A stretch of 64,000 nt of DNA. Source: Candidatus Aenigmatarchaeota archaeon (GTDB lineage: Archaea > Aenigmatarchaeota > Aenigmatarchaeia > PWEA01 > JACQIF01). Location: positions 32,001 through 96,000 of the forward strand of contig CP066684.1 in assembly GCA_016432325.1 (NCBI GenBank), read 5' to 3'. The notes beneath the pieces were generated by a model. It was not told the origin of the DNA and did not search any database. It saw nothing but the letters and a program-made list of their open reading frames with translations. The position numbers and the translations under genes were made by a program. Within the stretch, counting starts at the first letter, position 1. Every line of letters starts with the position of its first letter. This document shows, one piece after another, positions 17,088 to 26,887 of this stretch.

Positions 17088-18062
17088 ATGACAATTCACA
17101 AGGTAGTCGCTGAGTTGAAGAAGGCGCGCAAGATAGCGATACTCACGCACCACAATGCCGATCTCGACTCTGTCTGCCCGGCGCTTGTATTGAAGGAGGT
17201 TCTGCAAAACCAAGGCAAGGAAGCGATGGTAGGCGCGGCAGAGAGCGTCAGTAAAGGAGCGAGGCGCATGATAGAAGGGCACGACGTTAAGATAGACCCT
17301 GACGTGAGCGCGTACGACCTGGTCGTTACGATAGACTGTGCGTCTCCCGAACAGCTTCTTCCCATCAAGCTGGACTACACGAAACTCGTGGTTATTGACC
17401 ACCACCAACCCGGTGCGCTCGCGGAGAAGGCCGTGGCAGCGTACGTCGACTCTACGTCGCGCTCGTGCACGCAGATCGTTTACAAGATAGTCAAGGAGTT
17501 TGATGTGAAGCTGACGCCTGATATGGCCAAACTGCTCATCGCCGGAATCGTCGGAGACACCGCATACCTGCGTTTCGCTGACATCGAGATATTCGAGATT
17601 CTGATAGAACTGCTCAAGATATCGGGGAAGAAGTACCACGAGATTCTGGACCTGCTCGGTTCCGAGACGGACGTTTCCGAACGCATAGCCATTCTGAAGT
17701 CCGCGAAGAGGATTCACGCGTATTCTGTCGGAGACGTGCTGGTCGTCTTTTCCACGGTCGGCTCTTTTGAAGCGTCCGTCGCACGCTCGTTCCTGAAGCT
17801 CGGTTCGGATATAGCGATCGTTGCGGTTCCGCGCGACGGAGCCGTGCGCATCTCGGGCCGCATGAACTGGACGCTGAGGCCCAAACTGAACTTAGCGACA
17901 GAAATCTTCAAGCCCTGCGAGGCGTTCATCGGGGGCTCGGCAGGCGGGCATGACGCGGCCGCTTCGGCGAACGGCACCAAGCCCGAGAACATAAAGCGTA
18001 CGTTCGAAGAGATGCTGAAGCTCTTGGAGAAGAAGCTCGGCGCGAAAGCGAAGGAGATTTGA
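17088..18062 (+). CDS. DHH/DHHA1 phosphoesterase (NrnA-like)
   Basis: HHNADLD, IDHH, GIVGDT, GGHDAAAS. Confidence 0.92.
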   Translation: MTIHKVVAELKKARKIAILTHHNADLDSVCPALVLKEVLQNQGKEAMVGAAESVSKGARRMIEGHDVKIDPDVSAYDLVVTIDCASPEQLLPIKLDYTKLVVIDHHQPGALAEKAVAAYVDSTSRSCTQIVYKIVKEFDVKLTPDMAKLLIAGIVGDTAYLRFADIEIFEILIELLKISGKKYHEILDLLGSETDVSERIAILKSAKRIHAYSVGDVLVVFSTVGSFEASVARSFLKLGSDIAIVAVPRDGAVRISGRMNWTLRPKLNLATEIFKPCEAFIGGSAGGHDAAASANGTKPENIKRTFEEMLKLLEKKLGAKAKEI

Positions 18063-18109
18063 GAGGCCTACAGATGAATTATAAATAGCTTAGGTTGTGA
18101 TAGTGACCC

Positions 18110-18703
18110 ATGGCGACGAGCAACTATAGCATTCCGGTGAGGCGCGCAGCCTTGCCGCCGTATCTTTCTCAAAAGGAAGAATGGGCGCAAGGTGTGGCAG
18201 ACAACATCTCGTCTTTTGCCACGGCATTGACAGACGCCCCTAACAGGTCCCATGTGCGTGTTGTACCCGGCTCTAATGTAGACATAGCAGAGAACCTTTC
18301 GTGGGGGCCTGCTAAGGAGGCGTGGCTGTGGGGGTTCGTGGAGGTCGAAAATCCTCTTGGGTTTGCAGACACAGAAGACGGCTTGGTTATCCGTGTCGCG
18401 TGCAGTCGGACGTGGCGGCAGATGCCTGACGTGTTCTTCCCTAAGGCCGACGATCATCCAGTCGAAATACAGGCGCAGTGGGGCAAGTTGACAGGTTTCT
18501 ATCCAGGAGTTCCACTATCTGTCTATAGAGACCCCTACGGCCAGCTTACGGGGGAAACGGTTCTTTCGCCCAGAACGGTAGACGCTATGGCAAGAACGGT
18601 TGGCGAAAGATTTGACCGAAAGGGAGACGAGATAATGGCGCTTAGGAGTCCAGACAAACTCTGGAGAGAACAGTACGGCAGGACGGTGCGGGTGGAGCAT
18701 TAG
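18110..18703 (+). CDS. hypothetical protein
   Basis: 197 aa ATG ORF with upstream TATA; abuts next ORF. Confidence 0.6.
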   Translation: MATSNYSIPVRRAALPPYLSQKEEWAQGVADNISSFATALTDAPNRSHVRVVPGSNVDIAENLSWGPAKEAWLWGFVEVENPLGFADTEDGLVIRVACSRTWRQMPDVFFPKADDHPVEIQAQWGKLTGFYPGVPLSVYRDPYGQLTGETVLSPRTVDAMARTVGERFDRKGDEIMALRSPDKLWREQYGRTVRVEH

Positions 18704-19237
18704 ATGCCAGTCAATACAATGTCGTTCGAAGCCAAGGTTCCCCGCATAGGCACGTATTCTACGAAGGGCGCGCCCATTGCGATGGGGACCCTCGGTAAGA
18801 TTGACGGGGAGATAGACGCAGGCGCGATTAAGAGCATTAACATAGAAGACATGTTCAGTTATGATTACGCGGTTCAGAAAGAAAACAGCGCCCTCACTCA
18901 TCTGCATCCTGTGGTCGAGACCGTATGGGTCGCCAAAGGCCCGTACCACGACCCGGAGTTCGTCGATGTCGTAGGAGAGTACAAGACCGGCCAAACCGTC
19001 CAATATCCGGCGCATTCGATACACACGCCGACAAGCGACGACGGCGCGCTCCTGTTCTGCATATCCAGATTCCCGAAGTTCAACAGCAGGCGAGCCGACC
19101 AGCCCGACTCTGAAAATCCGCTCCTGAAGCATCTGACAGAACACGGCGCCGAAGTCGCGCAAGTGATGGGCGTCCCTGCTGAAACACTCATCGAATTCTA
19201 CAGACAGAATCAAGTCGTACGACCAGCGAAGGCCTAG
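18704..19237 (+). CDS. putative cupin-fold protein
   Basis: HLHPVVETVWVAKG (HxH..E..G) and GQTVQYPAHSIH (P..H) cupin motifs. Confidence 0.6.
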   Translation: MPVNTMSFEAKVPRIGTYSTKGAPIAMGTLGKIDGEIDAGAIKSINIEDMFSYDYAVQKENSALTHLHPVVETVWVAKGPYHDPEFVDVVGEYKTGQTVQYPAHSIHTPTSDDGALLFCISRFPKFNSRRADQPDSENPLLKHLTEHGAEVAQVMGVPAETLIEFYRQNQVVRPAKA

Positions 19238-19303
19238 TCGCTGCATTTAAATACCTTATCCGGCTACTCACGCCAGATGTTCGCTACATCTGCGGTGAGG
19301 GGC

Positions 19304-19552
19304 ATGGACACAGAACCTATTGTGCAAGCTATAGAGCAGATTCTCACGGACCGCGGGGTCCCGAAAAACATCAAATCCTCCTGCGATGAGTGCCTGCGCG
19401 CCCTCAAGGATGAGAAGGAAGACCTTTCCGTGCGCCTCAATACGTGCATCTCCGTTCTCGACGAAGTATCGAACGATCCGAACATCCCGATGCACACGCG
19501 GACCTTCGTCTGGAACATCGTTTCCATGCTCGAGGCGGCGCAGCACGCTTAA
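19304..19552 (+). CDS. UPF0147 family protein
   Basis: DRGVPKNI..ISVLDEVSNDPNIPMHTRTFVWNIVSMLE. Confidence 0.92.
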   Translation: MDTEPIVQAIEQILTDRGVPKNIKSSCDECLRALKDEKEDLSVRLNTCISVLDEVSNDPNIPMHTRTFVWNIVSMLEAAQHA

Positions 19553-19576
19553 ATCCTTCCATTCTAGACTGCTGTC

Positions 19577-20002
19577 ATGGAGAACGTCCAGATCAGAGAT
19601 TACACGGACGCGGATTACAACCAAGTAAAACAAATTCTGATAGAAGGAAATCTCTTTGATGAAACTCTGGACAGCAGAGACAACCTCCGGAAGAAAATAG
19701 AGCGGGATCCGGCCTCCATTATAGTCGCGGTGTTCGATAACCGTGTGATAGGCAACGCCTATATTGTAGAGGACGGATGGGCCCATTTCATATTTCGTCT
19801 GAGCGTCAGCAAAGAACACAGAAAGCGCGGTGTAGGCAAACTTCTGATGCAAGCCGCGGAGAAGAGGATGAAAGACAGAGGGACGCCGGAGGTTGGTCTC
19901 TTAGTTAGAAGCGACGACAACGAGTTAGTCGGCTACTACAAGAAACAGGGGTACACGCATTCCGAAAAGACCTTCAGGTTCATGTGGAAGAAGCTCTCTT
20001 AG
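19577..20002 (+). CDS. GNAT N-acetyltransferase
   Basis: RLSVSKEHRKRGVGKLLM, YYKKQGY. Confidence 0.9.
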   Translation: MENVQIRDYTDADYNQVKQILIEGNLFDETLDSRDNLRKKIERDPASIIVAVFDNRVIGNAYIVEDGWAHFIFRLSVSKEHRKRGVGKLLMQAAEKRMKDRGTPEVGLLVRSDDNELVGYYKKQGYTHSEKTFRFMWKKLS

Positions 20003-20621
20003 AAAGAATCCAGAACAGTACCATCGTCGCAGTCACGCTTTCTATCGCAATCGCGTTCAGGTACGGGCCTGCTATGAAGGGTATCGGATACGGAACCGTT
20101 CCTATTACGTAATCGAAAAAGTCGTTCAGAAGGAACCACGCCAGAACGAGCGCCGCGTGCTCTCGCTTGACGCGCCCTTTCCAGACGGAGAGCAGCACGA
20201 ACGCCTCGAGAACCATTCCCACGTGAAGCGCGATAAGCGCAGCGGAGAACGACGCCTTGAGAACGAAAAACGAAGGCCAGAACAGGAGAAGAACGAACAC
20301 GGACCACACGCCGACTTTGATGAGGTAAATCGACGTCAGGAGGTTCAGCGCGGGATGCTGGTATTTCTTGAACGCGTATAGGAAAAGGAATGTTGCGAAC
20401 AGGAAGACGGCGGTAGGCGAGTCGGGCACGAGCGGCAGAAGGTAGAACGGCGTCGCCATGAACTGTTCCCAATAATAGTAGATTCCGAAGGCGACGCCGA
20501 TGAGATTGATTACGATTAGGAGAAGAGCAAGCCTCCTATCCTTTGCGAATCTTCGAACGTCCCGCGTTCGAAGTTTTCGAACCGCGTTCGAAAGCATTGC
20601 GAAAAGCCGTTTCCACTGCAT
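19980..20621 (-). CDS. DUF1405 membrane protein
   Basis: INLIGVAFGIYYY..Q..VPDSP, KVGVW, NDFFDY. Confidence 0.85.
   Translation of the reverse strand: MQWKRLFAMLSNAVRKLRTRDVRRFAKDRRLALLLIVINLIGVAFGIYYYWEQFMATPFYLLPLVPDSPTAVFLFATFLFLYAFKKYQHPALNLLTSIYLIKVGVWSVFVLLLFWPSFFVLKASFSAALIALHVGMVLEAFVLLSVWKGRVKREHAALVLAWFLLNDFFDYVIGTVPYPIPFIAGPYLNAIAIESVTATMVLFWILSKRASST
20543..20603. repeat. in-frame double-hairpin insert with 7-bp flanking direct repeat
   Basis: TTGCGAA at 20543 and 20597 (54 nt apart) enclosing CTTCGAACGT-ccc-GCGTTCGAAG and TTTCGAAC-cgc-GTTCGAAA. Confidence 0.8.
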
Positions 20622-21098
20622 CTACTTCTTCCTCTTGATTCGCATCGGATTGCCGTGAGCGAACGCTCCTGCGGGCACGTCGCGGTCCACCAGAGTCATC
20701 GCCGAGACTGTCGCGTTATCGCCTATCGTCACGCCTGCGAGTATCGTGGCGTTCGCACCAACGAGGACGCGCTTTCCTATTTTCGTCGCGCCGCGCCTCC
20801 ATTCCTTCTGTAAAAACTCGTGGCTCAGGACAGTAGCGTTGTATCCGATTATGGTCTCGTCTCCGATTTCAATCAGTTCCGGGAAGAATATGTCGAAAGA
20901 CGCGTCAAGAGCGACGCGCACGTGGCGGCCGAGCCTGATGCCGATAAGGCGGTAGAGAACGTTCTTAACCGTCAGAGGCGCGCCCCTCGCCAGCTTCATC
21001 AGGACCATGTTCTTCGTCACAGAAAAAGGATTGCGCGCGCCCATCCAGTAGTAGAGACTGTTGTGTTCTCCGACAGGGAAGCGTTCGAGACGGCGCAT
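20622..21098 (-). CDS. hexapeptide-repeat (left-handed beta-helix) acyltransferase
   Basis: FPELIEIGDETIIGYNATVLSHE, IGKRVLVGANATILAGVTIGD, GNP. Confidence 0.88.
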   Translation of the reverse strand: MRRLERFPVGEHNSLYYWMGARNPFSVTKNMVLMKLARGAPLTVKNVLYRLIGIRLGRHVRVALDASFDIFFPELIEIGDETIIGYNATVLSHEFLQKEWRRGATKIGKRVLVGANATILAGVTIGDNATVSAMTLVDRDVPAGAFAHGNPMRIKRKK

Positions 21099-21213
21099 GG
21101 AACGTAATTGTTTCGACCTTCCTTATAGCCTTTATATAGCTTCCGTCCCGATTCCAGTACGCCCGGCGCTGACACCAGACGCGTGACGGACGAGCTGGGC
21201 AAGGTGATATGAA

Positions 21214-21651
21214 ATGGCATTTAGAACGGTAGTTTCTACGAAAGACGGAAAAGCATTCCAAAAGGAAGTCGAGGCGCCTTCTCTCGTCGGATTGAAGATA
21301 GGCGAAAAGGTCGACGGTTCGCTCGTGGGACTGAACGGCTACACGCTTGAGATTACGGGCGGCAGCGACAAGGAAGGCTTCCCGATGCGGCGCGACCTGC
21401 CCGGTCTCGCCCGAAAGAAGATTCTTCTGACAGGAGGCAGCGGATACAACGCGCCGCAGAGCGGCGTGCGCAAGCGCAAGTCCGTCAGAGGAAACACCGT
21501 GTCCGAACTTATAATACAGGTGAATCTCAAGGTCATTACGGCAGGCGAGAAGCCCGTGCACGAGCTTTGGGGAATAACGCCAAAACCACCCAAGGAAAAG
21601 TGGAAAGCGCCGGAAGGAGAAGCCAAGCCGGCGCCGGAAGAGAAGACGTGA
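21214..21651 (+). CDS. rps6e: 30S ribosomal protein eS6
   Basis: LEITGGSDKEGFPMR, RKRKSVRGN, QVNLKV. Confidence 0.96.
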   Translation: MAFRTVVSTKDGKAFQKEVEAPSLVGLKIGEKVDGSLVGLNGYTLEITGGSDKEGFPMRRDLPGLARKKILLTGGSGYNAPQSGVRKRKSVRGNTVSELIIQVNLKVITAGEKPVHELWGITPKPPKEKWKAPEGEAKPAPEEKT

Positions 21652-21652
21652 G

Positions 21653-22900
21653 GTGGGCCCTTTCACGGACAAAACCTCTCTGGATTCGCGTTTCGTTCCA
21701 GAAGTCAACATCGGTCTGGTCGGCCACGTCGACCACGGAAAGACGACGCTCGTCGAGGCGCTCACCGGCAAGTGGACAGACACGCATTCGGAAGAACAGA
21801 AGAGAGGCATAACGATACGTCTCGGTTATGCGGACGTCACTTTTTACAAATGTTCGAAGGACGGCCAGTGGTGCAACGGCGCGAAATGCCCTACGTGCTT
21901 CGGAGACGCGGAACCTGTGCGCACCGTGTCGTTCGTGGACGCTCCCGGACACAGCACCCTGATGGCCACGGTTCTTTCAGGCGCTTCCATAATGGACGGA
22001 GCGTTGCTCCTTGTATCGGCGAGCGAGAAATGTCCTCAGCCGCAGACAGCCGAACATCTGATTGCACTGGACATCGTTGGAATCAGGAACGTCATCATCG
22101 TGCAGAACAAGATTGACTCTGTCGATGAAAAACGCGTGCGCGAGAGCTACGAAGAAATAAAAAAGTTCGTCAAAGGGACTGTCGCGGAAAACGCGCCTGT
22201 GATCCCAATTTCGGCTCTGCAGAGAATAAACATAGACGCGCTCATCGAGACTATACAGGAAAAGATTGCGACTCCTTCGAGGGATCCGAAGAAAGAGCCC
22301 AAGATGTACGTCGCGCGTTCCTTCGACATCAACAAACCCGGTACGTCATACGACAAGCTGAACGGCGGCGTGCTCGGCGGTTCCATCGTTCAGGGAATCT
22401 TGAACGTCGCAGACGAAATAGAGATAAGGCCGGGATGGGAGAAGGGAGGCAAATGGATGTCGCTGCGTACGACCGTGGCCGGACTTCAGAAGGTCGGGAA
22501 GAATGTGGACGAGGCGGGCCCGGGCGGCTTGCTCGGAATTTCGACAAAACTCGATCCGTTCCTGACGAAAGCAGACTCTCTCGCCGGCCACGTAGTCGGA
22601 CTGCCCGGAAAGCTCCCGCCGGTTCACACGAAGCTGCTGCTTGACGTGCATCTGCTGGAGAAGATGGTCGAGACGAGCGAGCGCGTGAAGCCCATAAACA
22701 CCAACGAGCCCCTGATGATGACCTGCGCCGTCGCGAAGACCGCTGGCGTCGTGACGTCGGCGCGCAAGGAAGGCAGGGAGGTCGAGATCGTTCTGAAACT
22801 GCCGATATGCGCGGATTACGGCGACCGCGTCGCCATTTCGCGCCTGCACCAGAATCGCTGGCGTCTTATAGGACACGGAATCATAAAGCGTGCTACTTGA
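21653..22900 (+). CDS. eif2g: translation initiation factor aIF2 gamma (non-ATG start)
   Basis: PEVNIGLVGHVDHGKTT, RGITIRLGY, DAPGH, NKID, RWRLIG. Confidence 0.97.
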   Translation: MGPFTDKTSLDSRFVPEVNIGLVGHVDHGKTTLVEALTGKWTDTHSEEQKRGITIRLGYADVTFYKCSKDGQWCNGAKCPTCFGDAEPVRTVSFVDAPGHSTLMATVLSGASIMDGALLLVSASEKCPQPQTAEHLIALDIVGIRNVIIVQNKIDSVDEKRVRESYEEIKKFVKGTVAENAPVIPISALQRINIDALIETIQEKIATPSRDPKKEPKMYVARSFDINKPGTSYDKLNGGVLGGSIVQGILNVADEIEIRPGWEKGGKWMSLRTTVAGLQKVGKNVDEAGPGGLLGISTKLDPFLTKADSLAGHVVGLPGKLPPVHTKLLLDVHLLEKMVETSERVKPINTNEPLMMTCAVAKTAGVVTSARKEGREVEIVLKLPICADYGDRVAISRLHQNRWRLIGHGIIKRAT

Positions 22901-23519
22901 TGCTGAAATTCTTCACTCCCTTTGCGTTCTTCAGCTTCCCGGGGAGCGCGCGTATCTCTTCGCTGCTGCCGCTCGACATGAACGTTGCCGTGTACTCGCC
23001 GCCCTTCACGCGGAAGGACGACTCCATGTAGACGCTCTTCTTCGGGAGCATGCGCCTCACGCGTTCTATGGTGCCGGCCCCGGACGCCGTGACCGTAATC
23101 ATCTTCGCGTAGCGGCCGAAGCCGATGCGCTCGAAGTAGGCGTCTATCACCATCACAACGGCTATGAAAAAGTAGAGAAGAAGCCCTTCGGCGAACATTC
23201 CGGCGCCCATCGAGACGCCGAAGACGGCGGACGCCCATATGGAAGCCGCGGTGGTGAAACCGAAGACCTTGTCTTGGTAGCGCAGCAGGGAGCCTGCGCC
23301 GAGGAAGCCTATTCCGGTTATGATACCTCCGACCACTATTACCGGGCTGCCGCCCAGTTCTGTAGCGACCACGGTGAGCACAGAGCATCCGGTCGCAACG
23401 AGCGCGAACGTCCCGAAGCCGACCGGCTTCTTGCGTATCTGTCTCTCCAGACCGAACATGAGGGAGAGCAGAAACGTCAAACCGACGCGCAGCAGTACCT
23501 CGTAGAACTCAAGCGGCAT
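22893..23519 (-). CDS. MgtC/SapB family membrane protein
   Basis: GLERQ..KPVGFGTF, GIGFLGAG, GFTTAASIW. Confidence 0.9.
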   Translation of the reverse strand: MPLEFYEVLLRVGLTFLLSLMFGLERQIRKKPVGFGTFALVATGCSVLTVVATELGGSPVIVVGGIITGIGFLGAGSLLRYQDKVFGFTTAASIWASAVFGVSMGAGMFAEGLLLYFFIAVVMVIDAYFERIGFGRYAKMITVTASGAGTIERVRRMLPKKSVYMESSFRVKGGEYTATFMSSGSSEEIRALPGKLKNAKGVKNFSIK

Positions 23520-23565
23520 GTTTAGACGTAACTCTGCATATTAAAATAGCCTTTCTACTATCTTC

Positions 23566-24969
23566 ATGAACCCGAGTCTTCAGGGAGTTATAACAGACGT
23601 TCTGCGCGAGGTCGTTCCCTCGCAGGAGGAGAAGGACGCTATACGCCGCCTGCAGGACAAGCTTCTTACAAGGGCGTACGCAGTTGTGAAGCAGCGGTAT
23701 TCCATAGAGCCGGTCTTCACAGGTTCCATAGCAAAGGGCACGTGGATGGCCGGCGCCAAAGACATAGACCTGTTCCTGATGTTCCACGAGCGCGTGCCGC
23801 GGGACGAGCTGGAACGCACGGGCCTCGACGTCGCCAAACAGATTGTGCAGGACATGGGAGGCCGCTGGGAGATCGCTTACGCGGAACACCCGTATCTGCG
23901 CGCTCAGATAGAGGGCCACAAAGTCGATATCGTACCTGCCTACGACGTGAAAGACGCCTCGAAGATAAAATCTGCGGTTGACCGCACGCCGCATCACGTT
24001 CGCTACATCCAGAGCGCGTTAGATAAGAATCTCCTCAACGAGGTGCGCCTCCTGAAGAAGTTCTGCGTCGGAGCAGGCGTCTACGGCTCTGACCTGAAGA
24101 CAGAAGGCTTCTCGGGCTACCTGTGCGAACTGCTGGTCGTCGAATACGGAACGTTCGAAGACGTTCTTCGTGCTGTCGTGCAGTGGAGGCCCGGAACAAT
24201 CATAGACGTCGAGGAGCATCACGCGGAGGCTTCCCTGAAGAAGAAGTTCCCGCACGATCCGCTCGTCGTGATAGATCCAGTAGACCCGAACAGGAACGTC
24301 GCCGCTGTCCTGTCGTTGGAAAACTTCCTGGTGTTTATACGCCGCGCGCGAGAGTTTTTGCAGGAGCCCAAGTTCTCGGCGTTCTTCCGTTTGCCTGTGA
24401 TGGCACCATCGATGGAAGAGTTGCAGAGGCATCTGGACGAGCGCCAGACGCGTTTCGTTTTCATCCGTTTCAGCACGCCCGACGTGCTCGACGACGTGCT
24501 CTGGCCGCAGCTTCGCAAATGCACGGAACGCGTCCGCACGCTTCTGGAGGAGAACGAGTTCGAGGTCCTGCGCACGGGAATCTGGAGTAGCGACGTGGCG
24601 ACCGTGCTCGTGATAGAACTGCTCGTGGATGAACTGCCTGCGATACAGAAGCGCCGCGGCCCGTCGGCCTTTGACGCCGCCAGCTCGAAGAGCTTCCTCG
24701 ATCACTATCGCGGCTACAACGTTTTTCTTGAGGACGGCTTCTGGGCCGTTGAATTCAAGCGCAAGAACCGCAACGCGATGGAACTCCTGCGGGCGTTCTT
24801 GGGTGAAGGCGAGTCCGAATTGAGGGCGAAGGGCGTTCCGTCATATGTAGCGGCGGCGCTTCACGAGGACGTCGAGCTTGCGACAGGAGAACACGTCGCG
24901 CGTCTGCTCAGGCGTTTCGACAGCTTGCGGGCGTTCATGTACAACTACTTCCACAGGAATTTGGTGTAA
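23566..24969 (+). CDS. cca: archaeal class I CCA-adding enzyme
   Basis: GSIAKGTW..DIDLF, YAEHPY, SAVDRTP, GFSGYLCELL, DPVDPNRNVAA. Confidence 0.96.
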   Translation: MNPSLQGVITDVLREVVPSQEEKDAIRRLQDKLLTRAYAVVKQRYSIEPVFTGSIAKGTWMAGAKDIDLFLMFHERVPRDELERTGLDVAKQIVQDMGGRWEIAYAEHPYLRAQIEGHKVDIVPAYDVKDASKIKSAVDRTPHHVRYIQSALDKNLLNEVRLLKKFCVGAGVYGSDLKTEGFSGYLCELLVVEYGTFEDVLRAVVQWRPGTIIDVEEHHAEASLKKKFPHDPLVVIDPVDPNRNVAAVLSLENFLVFIRRAREFLQEPKFSAFFRLPVMAPSMEELQRHLDERQTRFVFIRFSTPDVLDDVLWPQLRKCTERVRTLLEENEFEVLRTGIWSSDVATVLVIELLVDELPAIQKRRGPSAFDAASSKSFLDHYRGYNVFLEDGFWAVEFKRKNRNAMELLRAFLGEGESELRAKGVPSYVAAALHEDVELATGEHVARLLRRFDSLRAFMYNYFHRNLV

Positions 24970-24972
24970 CTC

Positions 24973-25911
24973 ATGGTCTACCAATCCATCGCGCTTCTGC
25001 TCGGCGGTCTCGTCATAATGTTCTTCTCCAGCAAGTGGGCGATACGCTACGCCATAGGAATCTCCGAGTCGCTTGCGCTGGGCCGCTTCGCCGTCGGCTT
25101 CATTTTCATAGCCATGACGACGACGTTCCCGGAACTGGTCGTTTCCATATCGTCCACGCTTCACGGCGAACCCGGGCTCGCCGTAGGAAATGCCCTCGGT
25201 TCGGTTTTAGCCAATCTGACGCTGATACTTGGAGTGGCCGTGCTGGTGGGTGGAACAATGAGACTCAGGAAGGATCATATAGGAGACCAGATAGAGGTGC
25301 TCTTCGTCTCGGCCCTCGTCTCAATTTTCCTCCTGCAGGCAGGCTCCCTGAGCATCCTCCAGGGCCTCATACTCCTCGTCCTCTTCGCCTTCTTCGTCAA
25401 CAAAGTGCGCCGCGGAGGGATTCCGATGAAGGCCAAGCCGGACATACTCGTTTTCTTCGGCCACTTCGCGCGGTTCATAGCGTCTGTCGCCGTCCTCCTG
25501 ATAAGCAGCGAAATGATAGTTCGCGGCTCGATTCAGATGGTTGAGGCGTACGCTTTCGCGCCGGAGTTCATAGGCCTCACGATAATCGCGGTAGGCACGT
25601 CGATGCCCGAGCTTGCCGTAGGCATACGCGCCATTCATTCGAAGGAGTATGCCCTCGCTCTGGGCGACCTTGTAGGCGCTTCGGTGATCGACCTCACTCT
25701 AATCATGGGAATAGTGGCGCTCCTCAATCCAGTGCCGGTCAACCTCGCGCACGTGAGCGGAGTCATGCCGTTCATACTGGCGGCTATATTGGCAAACTGG
25801 TATTTCCTCAGCAAGAGAATCAACATCACAAGGAAGATTGCCTTCCTGCTGGTCTGTCTTTTCTTGCTATTTCTCCTCGAGCAGATAGGAATCTTAACGC
25901 TCTTCGGATGA
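24973..25911 (+). CDS. Ca2+/cation antiporter (CaCA, YrbG-like)
   Basis: Alpha repeats TTFPEL..GNALGS and GTSMPEL..GDLVGA. Confidence 0.9.
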   Translation: MVYQSIALLLGGLVIMFFSSKWAIRYAIGISESLALGRFAVGFIFIAMTTTFPELVVSISSTLHGEPGLAVGNALGSVLANLTLILGVAVLVGGTMRLRKDHIGDQIEVLFVSALVSIFLLQAGSLSILQGLILLVLFAFFVNKVRRGGIPMKAKPDILVFFGHFARFIASVAVLLISSEMIVRGSIQMVEAYAFAPEFIGLTIIAVGTSMPELAVGIRAIHSKEYALALGDLVGASVIDLTLIMGIVALLNPVPVNLAHVSGVMPFILAAILANWYFLSKRINITRKIAFLLVCLFLLFLLEQIGILTLFG

Positions 25912-25915
25912 TACC

Positions 25916-26887
25916 ATGCGCATATTAATCGAGACGACGGGTTTGCACAAGGAGATGCCTTCTGCGGAAGTTCTGGCCGTGGGCGGCGGCATCCCCATAG
26001 AGGAAAGAGGCAAGCTGTTTGTCGTTGACGTTACGCAGTGGGAGCCTTTGAAGAGACTGGGTTACTCGGCGCGAATAATGGAGTTCTTGGGGAAGTCCGC
26101 GTTCAACGAGCTGCCGTTCGCTCCTCAACACGTCGTGGAAGGACGTTACGCCATACGTGCGCTCAACGCCGGTTTCAAGGGAAACACGGAGGCCTTGCGG
26201 GAGTCCCTGTACGAACTGGTATGGTCGTCTTTGTCCGCGCCGCAAGTGGATTTGAAGAACCCGCAAACGGTTCTGTACGCGTACATGACGCCGAAGGAAG
26301 TCTGGTGGGGCCGCCTTCTTCACGAGTTCGGTGCCGATGCGTTCGCACAGCGCGACTCGAAACACCGCGTGTTCAAACGCGCGGTTGAGATGCAGCCTCG
26401 CAAGGCGCGTTGTTTAGTCAACCTGTCCCGCGTGCAGCCCGGCGAACGAATGCTCGACCCGTTCTGCGGTACGGGCTCCTTTTTAATCGAGGCCGCTTCC
26501 ATGGGCGTCCAGGCGTACGGCGGCGACGTGGACGGAGAGATGGTCTCCGGAGCCAAGCGTAACGCCGCGCACCTCGGTCTCGCCGCTGACGTCCGCCACA
26601 TCGATGGCCGCCTGACCAGCGGCTGGGGAGTGAAGTTCGACGCGATAGTGACGGACCTGCCTTACGGCCGCTCTGCCTCTCTCAAAAAGGTAAAGATGGC
26701 CGAACTCTACAAAGATTTTCTCGAGTCGGCGTGGGGCGTTCTCGGACCCGACAAGTACGCGGTCGTGCTGGCGCCTAAAGGAAAACTGAAGGTGCCGCCG
26801 AAGCTGTTCGCAAAGGTAAGCGCCTTCGACGAGTATGTGCACGGTTCCCTGACTCGACAGATATTCGTCCTGCATAAGAAGGACTAG
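25916..26887 (+). CDS. trm11: tRNA (guanine-10 N2)-methyltransferase (THUMP plus MTase)
   Basis: VDLKNP THUMP segment, LDPFCGTG, DLPYG, VHGSLTR. Confidence 0.85.
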   Translation: MRILIETTGLHKEMPSAEVLAVGGGIPIEERGKLFVVDVTQWEPLKRLGYSARIMEFLGKSAFNELPFAPQHVVEGRYAIRALNAGFKGNTEALRESLYELVWSSLSAPQVDLKNPQTVLYAYMTPKEVWWGRLLHEFGADAFAQRDSKHRVFKRAVEMQPRKARCLVNLSRVQPGERMLDPFCGTGSFLIEAASMGVQAYGGDVDGEMVSGAKRNAAHLGLAADVRHIDGRLTSGWGVKFDAIVTDLPYGRSASLKKVKMAELYKDFLESAWGVLGPDKYAVVLAPKGKLKVPPKLFAKVSAFDEYVHGSLTRQIFVLHKKD

